Part shown: positions 8,221 through 16,260 of the stretch, piece after piece
Layout: each line of letters begins with the position of its first letter
How positions within the stretch are numbered: position 1 is the first letter of the stretch
Origin: Sporohalobacter salinus
Lineage (GTDB): Bacteria > Bacillota > Halanaerobiia > Halobacteroidales > Acetohalobiaceae
Direction of reading: 5' to 3'
Length of the DNA stretch: 32,000 nt
Assembly: GCF_016908635.1 (NCBI RefSeq)
Contig: NZ_JAFBEG010000002.1
Location: 83,725-115,724, forward strand
Translations under genes and position numbers: made by a program
The notes under the pieces: generated by a model
Database searches by the model: none
Told to the model about the DNA's origin: nothing
Seen by the model: only the letters and a program-made list of their open reading frames with translations

Positions 8221-9375
8221 ATGCGTATAAATCGATTTTTTATTATTTTAACTATAATTTTAGGTTTGAATTTGATATTTAGTCTGCCGCTGTTAGCTCA
8301 GGAAGAAGCTTCATTTCAAGACCCTCTAGTGCGGATTAAAGATATTACCAGAGTACAAGGGGTTAGAAGTAATAAGTTGACTGGTTATGGTTTGGTAGTT
8401 GGACTGAATGGAACTGGAGATGGTGATTCAGCAGCTACTGTTCGATCAGTGGCCAATATGCTGCAAAATTTTGGTATTAACATTAATCCTGGTCAGGTTG
8501 AATCTGAAAATGTAGCAGCAGTAATAGTTACAGCTGAGCTGCCGCCTTTTGGTAGAGTAGGAGATAAAATTGATGTAAATGTTGCTTCCATGGGTGAGGC
8601 TGATAGCTTGCAGGGAGGAACACTTCTAATGACTCCACTATTGGGTCCGAATCAAGACCAAGTTTATGCTTTAGCTCAAGGACCTATATCTATTGGAGGT
8701 TTTAATACTGGACAAGGAGGAAGTTCAGTACGAAAGAATCATGCTACAGTAGGTATGGTTCCAAACGGTGCTACGATAGAAAAAGGAGTTGAGACTAAGT
8801 TTTCCGACCAACATAAGGTTACTCTTTTATTAGATGATCCTGATTTTGCTACTGCTCAAAGAATCTCTAATGTGATTAATCAGAAGTATGGTTATAATTC
8901 AAAGGGAGAGAATGTTGCTCAAGCTGTAGACCCAGGGCGGATTAAAGTTTCAGTTCCTAAATATTTTAAGGATAGATTGGTAAGTTTTGTAGCGCAAGTA
9001 AATAGATTATCAGTTAGACCAGATAGAGAGGCCAAAGTAATAGTAAATGAACGTACTGGAACAATAGTAATGGGCCATAATGTTAGAATTTCTACTGTGT
9101 CAGTAGCTCATGGTAATTTAACTGTTACTATTTCCTCTGAAGAAGAAGTTTCTCAACCGCCTCCTTTGTCAGAAGGGGAGACTAAAAAGACTAAAGATAC
9201 AGAGGTTAAGGCTAAAGAAGAGAAGGGTAGATTAATAAAACTACCTAAAGGTTCTAGTATTTCAGATGTTGTTAAAGCTTTAAATGGAGTCGGGGCTACA
9301 CCACGTGATACAATAGCTATTTTACAGGCAATTAAGGCTCAAGGAGCTTTACATGCTAAATTAAAGACTATGTAA
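8221..9375 (+). CDS. flgI: Flagellar P-ring protein FlgI
   Basis: 384 aa. Signal peptide, then RIKDITRVQGVRSNKLTGYGLVVGLNGTGD ... VAAVIVTAELPPF ... LQGGTLLMTPL ... AILQAIKAQGALHAKL, the canonical FlgI pattern. Confidence 0.95.
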   Translation: MRINRFFIILTIILGLNLIFSLPLLAQEEASFQDPLVRIKDITRVQGVRSNKLTGYGLVVGLNGTGDGDSAATVRSVANMLQNFGININPGQVESENVAAVIVTAELPPFGRVGDKIDVNVASMGEADSLQGGTLLMTPLLGPNQDQVYALAQGPISIGGFNTGQGGSSVRKNHATVGMVPNGATIEKGVETKFSDQHKVTLLLDDPDFATAQRISNVINQKYGYNSKGENVAQAVDPGRIKVSVPKYFKDRLVSFVAQVNRLSVRPDREAKVIVNERTGTIVMGHNVRISTVSVAHGNLTVTISSEEEVSQPPPLSEGETKKTKDTEVKAKEEKGRLIKLPKGSSISDVVKALNGVGATPRDTIAILQAIKAQGALHAKLKTM

Positions 9376-9392
9376 TAAGCAGGTGATTTTAA

Positions 9393-9755
9393 ATGAAGAT
9401 TAATAGCGCACAAAGAATGAAGATGATGGCTGAAACATCTAAGATTCAGCAGCGCCAGCATAAACAGAATAAATTTAAAAATAAATTAGAGAAATTACAA
9501 CAGCAAAATTCAAAAGATGTAGTAAATGAAAATAAAGAATTGAAAAAGGTAACTAAGCAGTTTTCTAGTATATTTGTTGGGCTAATGTTAAAAGAAATGC
9601 GTAAAACTATACCTGACTCAGGTTATTTAGATGGTGGATTAAAGGAAGATATATTCAAAGACATGTTAGACCGGAAATATGCTAAAGAAATTTCTAATTC
9701 TAAACAGTTGAAATTAGCAGAGAAACTTTATCAACAGTTAAGCCAAAAGAGATAG
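9393..9755 (+). CDS. flgJ: Rod-binding protein (FlgJ N-terminal domain only, no muramidase domain)
   Basis: 120 aa. The Rod_binding pattern FSSIFVGLMLKEMRKT...FKDMLDRKYAKEIS...LAEKLYQQL is present. It sits after flgI. Confidence 0.72.
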   Translation: MKINSAQRMKMMAETSKIQQRQHKQNKFKNKLEKLQQQNSKDVVNENKELKKVTKQFSSIFVGLMLKEMRKTIPDSGYLDGGLKEDIFKDMLDRKYAKEISNSKQLKLAEKLYQQLSQKR

Positions 9756-9817
9756 TGAAATTGTATTAATATCTATTTTTAGGTCTTCTGGTGGTTAACA
9801 GAAGGGATGGGATTTAA

Positions 9818-11704
9818 TTGCGTAAGTATAGTATTATGATGTTAGTAATATTATTCTGTGTTTTATTAGTTACACCGGTAATGGCAAGTGATAATGCTGC
9901 TCCACAAGAAATTTTACCGGTTAATAAGATTGAAAAAGGAATGACTGGAATTGGAAAGACTGTTATATCAGGTACAGAAGTAGAAGAATTTAAAGCAAAA
10001 GTTCTAGGAGTTTTAAAGAAACAAGGTGTTAATCGTGATCTAATTTTAATTAAAGTTAGTGGAGATCTAATTGAAAAGACAGGTGGGATTGCTGCTGGTA
10101 TGAGCGGGAGTCCTATTTATATTAATGGGAAATTGATCGGCGCAATCGGTTATGGCTGGCAGTTAACTGAGCATAAAATAGGAATGGTAACGCCAATTAA
10201 AGATATGATGAATATTTGGCAGTTAGACGAAATTAAAGAAGGGACAACAGCTCAATTACCAGAGCCAGTAAAAATAAATGGTAAATCTGTAAAAAAGGTT
10301 TGTTTTAGTGCAGATAAGTTTAGTAGTAATCAATCTAATTCTTTAACTGCTTATCCAGTAAAGACGCCACTATTGGTTAGTGGTTTAGATAAACCAGCTT
10401 TGGATTACTTAAGTAAAGAGTTATCTGATTATGATTTAAAACCAGTTCAGGGTACAACTTCAGCAAAGATATCGAATAAAGAAAATGATAAATTAGTTCC
10501 TGGGAGTGCAATTGCGGTTCAATTGGTGAGAGGAGATATTGATATTTCGGCAATTGGAACCTTAACTTATAGAGAAGGAAATAAGATTTTAGGATTTGGT
10601 CATAGGTTTATGGGATTAGGTGATAGTAATTACTTTCTTTCTTCTGCTTATATTCATCATATGATTAAAAGTATGAAGATGCCTTTTAAGTTAGGAAGTC
10701 CATCAAACTTAAAAGGAATTATAAGCCAGGATCGATCAGCAGGAGTAGGAGGTACAATAGGTAAGTCGCCTAAAATAGTACCGTTAGAAGTGACTGTTAA
10801 AGATAAAGATTTAAATAGAGAGCAAAAAATTAATGCCCAAATAATTAGAAATGAGGAATTACTGCAGTCCTTAACTGGTTCAGTGATTTATCAGGCAATT
10901 AATAGTACTATTGACCGTCGCGGTGGTGGAACGGCTGAAGTGGAAATGGAGATTATGGCTAATAATTTAGAAGAGAATGTTATAAAACGCCAAAATATTT
11001 TCTATAGCCGTAGAGATGTAGGGGCCGTAGCATTAAGAGATTTTTCACAGGCACTAAGACTACTTACTCAGAATCCATTTCAGAAGATTAATTTGATAGA
11101 TGTAAAATTAAATGTAGATATTAAGGAAAGGCCGCAGGTTGCTTTAATTAGAGAAGTAAATGTATTAACAGATAAACTTAGACCAGGAAAAGAGGTAAAA
11201 TTAGAAGTTACCTTTCAGCCTTATCGTAAAGAAACGATAGTTAAAAATTATACCTTTACATTACCTAAAGATATAGAATCGGGGGTAGCTCATATGGAAT
11301 TAGTTGGTGGGCTTGAAGCTAACTTTACTGCTGAACAACAGCAGGTTAGATCTGAAGAAAAAGAATATGGCTATGGTAAGAATGAAACATTTAAGAATTT
11401 AGAAGAAGTCATAACTGCCTTTAAAGAACAGAAGATCAATAGTGATTTGGTGGTTAGGGTCTTTCCTAGTTATAATAGTCCTGAAGCAGTACCGGTTAAT
11501 AAAGACAGTACTGAAAAGAAAACTGAAGATACTAAAGATGAATCTACACCAAAAGCACAGGCCCGAGGGGTTGATTCTGAAGCTACAGGTACTTTAACGG
11601 AAGAGACTTTTAAGACGGATTATATTCTTGAAGGTAGAGTAAATACTGAAATTGATATTAAGCCGAAGGTTAAAGAGAAAAAGAAGGAAAAGACTGAAGA
11701 GTAA
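9818..11704 (+). CDS. Secreted peptidase S55 (SpoIVB-family) domain protein with atypical architecture
   Basis: 628 aa with a TTG start. Signal peptide ending VMA/SD. SpoIVB-like Ser-lobe motif GGIAAGMSGSPIYINGKLIGAIGYGW (aa 89-114). SpoIVB-like His-lobe motif AIGTLTYREGNKILGFGHRF (aa 245-264). About 300 further aa end in a K/E-rich tail. Confidence 0.75.
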   Translation: MRKYSIMMLVILFCVLLVTPVMASDNAAPQEILPVNKIEKGMTGIGKTVISGTEVEEFKAKVLGVLKKQGVNRDLILIKVSGDLIEKTGGIAAGMSGSPIYINGKLIGAIGYGWQLTEHKIGMVTPIKDMMNIWQLDEIKEGTTAQLPEPVKINGKSVKKVCFSADKFSSNQSNSLTAYPVKTPLLVSGLDKPALDYLSKELSDYDLKPVQGTTSAKISNKENDKLVPGSAIAVQLVRGDIDISAIGTLTYREGNKILGFGHRFMGLGDSNYFLSSAYIHHMIKSMKMPFKLGSPSNLKGIISQDRSAGVGGTIGKSPKIVPLEVTVKDKDLNREQKINAQIIRNEELLQSLTGSVIYQAINSTIDRRGGGTAEVEMEIMANNLEENVIKRQNIFYSRRDVGAVALRDFSQALRLLTQNPFQKINLIDVKLNVDIKERPQVALIREVNVLTDKLRPGKEVKLEVTFQPYRKETIVKNYTFTLPKDIESGVAHMELVGGLEANFTAEQQQVRSEEKEYGYGKNETFKNLEEVITAFKEQKINSDLVVRVFPSYNSPEAVPVNKDSTEKKTEDTKDESTPKAQARGVDSEATGTLTEETFKTDYILEGRVNTEIDIKPKVKEKKKEKTEE

Positions 11705-11717
11705 TTCGTTTATTATT

Positions 11718-11752
11718 AAGCAGTAACCTGTGATAGGTTGCTGCTTTTTTAT
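11718..11752 (+). terminator. Rho-independent terminator after the S55 peptidase gene
   Basis: 12-bp stem AAGCAGTAACCT (11718-11729) / AGGTTGCTGCTT (11735-11746) with one G-U pair and a 5-nt loop, followed by a T-rich tail. Confidence 0.75.
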
Positions 11753-11802
11753 TTTAGATCAAATAATTACCACAATTATAAATAAATAACTAAGCCTAGC
11801 TA

Positions 11803-11831
11803 TTGAATATTTTAAAAAAATGTAATATCAT
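11803..11831 (+). promoter_or_regulatory. Putative housekeeping-sigma promoter for the tamB-bamA-skp-lpxD unit
   Basis: TTGAAT (11803-11808), N17, TATCAT (11826-11831). It lies downstream of a terminator and 38 nt upstream of the tamB ATG. Confidence 0.35.
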
Positions 11832-11868
11832 AAGAGTAGTTTGAGAATATGCAGCTGGAGGCTATAGT

Positions 11869-14800
11869 ATGATGCCGGTAGCCCGAAAATTTAAAAGGAT
11901 TATTCCTTTATTGGTAATAGTTTTGTTAGGATCATTCTTTTTTATGTTGATCTTAATAAAATGGAATGGAATTTTAAAAAGAATTAAAAATAGAGTGATT
12001 ACAGAAGTAGAAACAAAATATGGACATAAAGTTAGTTTAGATAGAATTGAGATTAAAGGATTTAATGAATTAAAAGTTTATGATTTTAGTTTAAAGACTA
12101 AAGAAGGTCACCTTTTATTGAGTGATCAAATTCAGTTATCTTATAATTTATGGGGAGTAATTTTCAATAATTCTGATTCAATAGAGAGTATTACAGAAGT
12201 TAAATTGATTAATCCTCGTTTTAACTGGAAGCAGTCTTTTCAAAATCAGGTTGAAGAAACAAATAATTTTCAAGAATTATTTAATTCTGTTCCAATTTTA
12301 AATCGATTTTCTGGTCAAGTAACTATAAAGAATGGAAAGATATTTACTAATAGAATAGATGGAATTAATAGAATTAGAATTAATAAAGGAAATTTAGATC
12401 TAACAAAGAATGATTTGAAGGTTAAGTTAGATTTAAATTTACCTGAATTAGGAACAGAGGACTTAATTATTAACGGGAGTACTAATAAAAATCAATTTAA
12501 GTTAAGTGCAAGATTAGATAACTTAAATTTAAGTGCTTTGTCTGAAGAATGGGATGAACTTATAACTAGAGAGAAATTTCAATTTATAGCTGGAAAATTA
12601 AAAGGAAATATAGATATAGAAGGAAAACTTAATTTTGATACTTTATCTGACCTTAATTATAAAGCTGAATTAAATTTAACAGAGGGGATAGCTAATTCTG
12701 ATTATTTATCCTCAGATATTCAGATTATAGATAGCAATTTTGAGATAAATAGTAAGGGAATAGTTATTAATAAATTGGTAACTGATGTTGGTAATAGTAG
12801 GTCAAAAATTTATTTAAGCGGTTTAATACATGGTTGGCAAAAACCTACATTTCATTTGGGATATAGAAGTTCCCAGTTGGATTTAAACAGCATTAAAGAA
12901 TGGTTGCCTTCAGAGATAGAATTAAAAGGGAGAGCAAGAATAGATGGACGATTGCGGGGGTCATTAGATAATCCTACTATTAAAACTAATGTAAAGTTGC
13001 CTGTTGGAAGTATCAATGGCTATCAGGTAAATAAATTAAACTTTAATTTATGGTATAAGAATAATTTACTTACTTTTAATGATTTTAAAACAGAGTTAGC
13101 TAAGGGGACTTTAACGGGACGCGGGACAATAAATTGGCCTAAAGATGAGGGTGCCTTATATACAGCTTCTTTGGAAGCAAAGGCAATTGATTTAAAACAA
13201 TTACCTATTGCACCTCAATCTCCTAATTTAACAGGTAAATTAAATAGTAATTTAGTAATTAGTGGTCAGAACTCACTTGATGATTTAAGTTTTTTTGGAA
13301 ATGCTAAAATTACTGATGGATCTTTGAAGAAATATGAGTTTGATACTCTAAATAGTAATTTTTGGTTTAGTAATCAGCAGTTATTAATTAGTAATTTAGA
13401 TTTAAAATCTAAAGGAAGTGAATGGCAAGCACGAGGTCTAATTGATGCAGAGCGAAATTTAAATTTGAATATTACTGCTGATAATGTTAAGTTATCTCAG
13501 CTGAATAATCTACATAATTATCAAAATTTAGCTGGGACCGCGACTTTGCAAGGTCAATTAAAAGGAAAGCTTAGTGATCCACATTTTTTAGGTGAAGTTC
13601 AAATAAAAGATGTTGGTTATTCAGGAAAAAGGGTTGATGAGGTAGTAGGAGTTGTGGGTTATAGGCATAAAGTAGTAGATCTAAATGATGTCATTATTAG
13701 TGAGCAAAATCGAAAATATCGATTAACTGGAGAGATAAAATTAGATCAAAAGCCTAAACTTGATTTAAATCTAAAGACTAAAACAGGAGAATTAACAAGT
13801 TTATATAAATTAATTAGTGTTAAACCTTCCTTTGAAGTTGATGGGCAATTTAGTGGTGATTTAGGAATTATAGGTCCGATTGATGATTTGAAGATGATAG
13901 GTGAAATTAATTTATTAAATGGTCAGATTCGAGAAATGGAATTAACTTCCGGTTCTTTAAGTTTTATCTGGCAGAATGATATTTTAAGGTTAAAAAATAT
14001 AAAATTATTTGGTTTGGAATCTCAGCTTATAGGGAGCGGTAGAATTGAGGAAGATGGAAAGTTAGCTCTTGATTTAGAAGTTGAAAATATAGATTTAGCT
14101 AAATTAGATTTTAGTAATTATGATATTTCTGGTAGTAGTGATATTAAGGGGAGGTTAGATTTTTCAGGGGAAATAAAAGGAAGTACTTCCCAACCTGTTT
14201 TAGCAGGTAAAGTTAACTTAAGCAAATTGTTTGTGGATGGATATGAATTTCAGACAGTGGAAGGTAATGTAAAATATATAGAGAACAAGCTAAATTTAGA
14301 TAACTTAAAAGCAGTTCAGGGAGCAACAGAGTATAGTATTAAGGGAAGTTTGAATTTACAGGAAAGAAGGTTTTTAAATTTAAGTCTAGACTTGGTTGAT
14401 GGACGTTTGAATGAAGTGATTAAATTACTGCCACTTAAGGAAGTAAAGCATGATATTCCCCATAGCTTTTTTGGAACTGTAGAGATAAGTGGTAGATTTG
14501 AAGCTCCAAAGGTTAAAGGAAGATTGATAGCAAAAGATATTGATCAAAATGGATATCTTTTAGTGGATGGTAGTTATAACTTTAATTCTGGGGCTAATCT
14601 TAATTTGGAGACTCGAAATTTTGCTTTAGCTCCGTTTAATCAATTAATTCCGGAGTCAGAAACTATAGGAGGAGATTTGAATTTAACTGCTAAACTTGAA
14701 GGTAAATTAGAGAAGTTAAATATGGAATCTAATATAGAGATTAGGGATGGTCAATTTGGAACTTTAGAGTATGATAATTTAAAAGGAGGGTTGGACTTAA

Positions 14801-16257
14801 CTAAAGGAAAACTAGTGGAGCTAAGTGAACCATTGAAATTAAAGGTGAATGATGATAATTTATTTGAAATCAATGGTTACTTACCTCTAAGGAATAACAA
14901 AGCAGCTTTGCACCTTAATATTAATCTTAATGAAGGAAATTTAAATTTATTGTCGCATTCTTTCAAAGGTATAAAAGAGGCTAGAGGAGAATTAAATGCT
15001 GAATTAACGGTTTCAGGCAGTAGGATAAATCCTAACTTTGCTGGGGATATTAAAATTGATTCAGGCAAATTGGATGTAGTAGGATTAAAAGAAGGCATTT
15101 CTAATTTAGAGGGAAAAATGGAGATTAAAGATCAAGAGATAGATCTTAAATATTTAACTGGTCAGCAGGATAAGGGGGGGGTTGAGGCTCAAGGAAGTGT
15201 AGAGATTAATGAATGGCACCTTGGGAAAGCAGACTTTAGCTTGTCAGGAAAACGGATTGCTATTGAGCATGGTTCCTGGAAGGGAAGTAATGACCTTAAT
15301 ATTGAAGTTAAGGGAGACATTAATAATCCTTTAATTAGCGGTAATATTTTGGCTTATGATACTAGAATTTCTCTTCCGTTTGAATGGCCGAAAAGAAAGT
15401 CAAATTCAAAATTACCGATTAAACCTAATTTTGATATTAAGCTTGAGCCTGGTGATAATGTTAAAGTTCAGAATGACAATATAGATATTTTAGTGGAAAA
15501 AGGTGGTTTGCAATTAGTAACTATTGGAGATGATATCAAATTACAAGGAAGAGTAAGTTCTAAAACTGGGAACTTTAATTATTATAATACGGATTTTGAA
15601 CTGGAATCTGGTTCGGCTATTTTTAATAAATATGAAAAGAATATTCCTTATCTTAATTTGACAGCTACTACTAAGGTAACTGGTATTCAACAGTTACCGA
15701 AGGATAGTAATCAAGTTGGGGAAACAGAAAATCAAACTGTTTCTCAAAAAACAATAGATGATCAGTTAGATACAAAAGAAGTAACTATTATACTGAATTT
15801 AAGTGGTTTGGCTGATCAAATGGAGGTTGAATTTGAGTCAGACCCGCCGTTGAGTAGGCAAAAGATTATTAATCTTTTGGTTCAGCAAGGAGGCTTGCGT
15901 GGTTTATTGACTAAGGATTATGATAAGATGATTCAGGCTGAACTCTTTAGAATGCTGGAATCTAAAGTTGATATAGAAATTCTATCTAACATTGAAGAAA
16001 CACTAGAAGATAAATGGGATCTTGATAGATTTAAGATATATACTGGATTAAGTAATGGTTTACAGATCAAAATGGGGAAAAATTTAACTGATGACTTGAT
16101 GCTTAAGTATAATCAGGAATTTAATGATGATGGGGAACATACGCTTGGTTTTGAATATGAATTTATGAATAGTATGAAGGATATAGTTTTAGATGGATCT
16201 ATAAATAATGATGAAGAGTATAAATTAGAGTTAGAGGTTAATTTTCCCTTTAACTAA
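11869..16257 (+). CDS. tamB: TamB/AsmA-like translocation and assembly module protein
   Basis: 1462 aa. N-terminal membrane anchor (IIPLLVIVLLGSFFFMLILI), then a very long repetitive beta-rich region (repeated G-L/I-x-G motifs). The C-terminal DUF490-like end is DDLMLKYNQEF...LGFEYEF...KLELEVNFPF. It lies directly upstream of bamA. Confidence 0.8.
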   Translation: MMPVARKFKRIIPLLVIVLLGSFFFMLILIKWNGILKRIKNRVITEVETKYGHKVSLDRIEIKGFNELKVYDFSLKTKEGHLLLSDQIQLSYNLWGVIFNNSDSIESITEVKLINPRFNWKQSFQNQVEETNNFQELFNSVPILNRFSGQVTIKNGKIFTNRIDGINRIRINKGNLDLTKNDLKVKLDLNLPELGTEDLIINGSTNKNQFKLSARLDNLNLSALSEEWDELITREKFQFIAGKLKGNIDIEGKLNFDTLSDLNYKAELNLTEGIANSDYLSSDIQIIDSNFEINSKGIVINKLVTDVGNSRSKIYLSGLIHGWQKPTFHLGYRSSQLDLNSIKEWLPSEIELKGRARIDGRLRGSLDNPTIKTNVKLPVGSINGYQVNKLNFNLWYKNNLLTFNDFKTELAKGTLTGRGTINWPKDEGALYTASLEAKAIDLKQLPIAPQSPNLTGKLNSNLVISGQNSLDDLSFFGNAKITDGSLKKYEFDTLNSNFWFSNQQLLISNLDLKSKGSEWQARGLIDAERNLNLNITADNVKLSQLNNLHNYQNLAGTATLQGQLKGKLSDPHFLGEVQIKDVGYSGKRVDEVVGVVGYRHKVVDLNDVIISEQNRKYRLTGEIKLDQKPKLDLNLKTKTGELTSLYKLISVKPSFEVDGQFSGDLGIIGPIDDLKMIGEINLLNGQIREMELTSGSLSFIWQNDILRLKNIKLFGLESQLIGSGRIEEDGKLALDLEVENIDLAKLDFSNYDISGSSDIKGRLDFSGEIKGSTSQPVLAGKVNLSKLFVDGYEFQTVEGNVKYIENKLNLDNLKAVQGATEYSIKGSLNLQERRFLNLSLDLVDGRLNEVIKLLPLKEVKHDIPHSFFGTVEISGRFEAPKVKGRLIAKDIDQNGYLLVDGSYNFNSGANLNLETRNFALAPFNQLIPESETIGGDLNLTAKLEGKLEKLNMESNIEIRDGQFGTLEYDNLKGGLDLTKGKLVELSEPLKLKVNDDNLFEINGYLPLRNNKAALHLNINLNEGNLNLLSHSFKGIKEARGELNAELTVSGSRINPNFAGDIKIDSGKLDVVGLKEGISNLEGKMEIKDQEIDLKYLTGQQDKGGVEAQGSVEINEWHLGKADFSLSGKRIAIEHGSWKGSNDLNIEVKGDINNPLISGNILAYDTRISLPFEWPKRKSNSKLPIKPNFDIKLEPGDNVKVQNDNIDILVEKGGLQLVTIGDDIKLQGRVSSKTGNFNYYNTDFELESGSAIFNKYEKNIPYLNLTATTKVTGIQQLPKDSNQVGETENQTVSQKTIDDQLDTKEVTIILNLSGLADQMEVEFESDPPLSRQKIINLLVQQGGLRGLLTKDYDKMIQAELFRMLESKVDIEILSNIEETLEDKWDLDRFKIYTGLSNGLQIKMGKNLTDDLMLKYNQEFNDDGEHTLGFEYEFMNSMKDIVLDGSINNDEEYKLELEVNFPFN

Positions 16258-16260
16258 AGT

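Noticed and set aside
9784-9806. Hairpin CTTCTG-N8-CAGAAG between flgJ and the S55 gene as a terminator.
   Set aside because: The stem is only 6 bp and has no U tract. It overlaps the probable ribosome-binding region of the next gene, so it is not convincing as a terminator.
9818-11704. Calling the S55 protein the sporulation checkpoint protease SpoIVB itself.
   Set aside because: The lobe order is reversed, no PDZ-like region was evident, and the protein is about 200 aa longer with an unrelated C-terminal half. It also lies in a flagellar/OM context rather than a spo0A/recN-type context. I call it family-level only.
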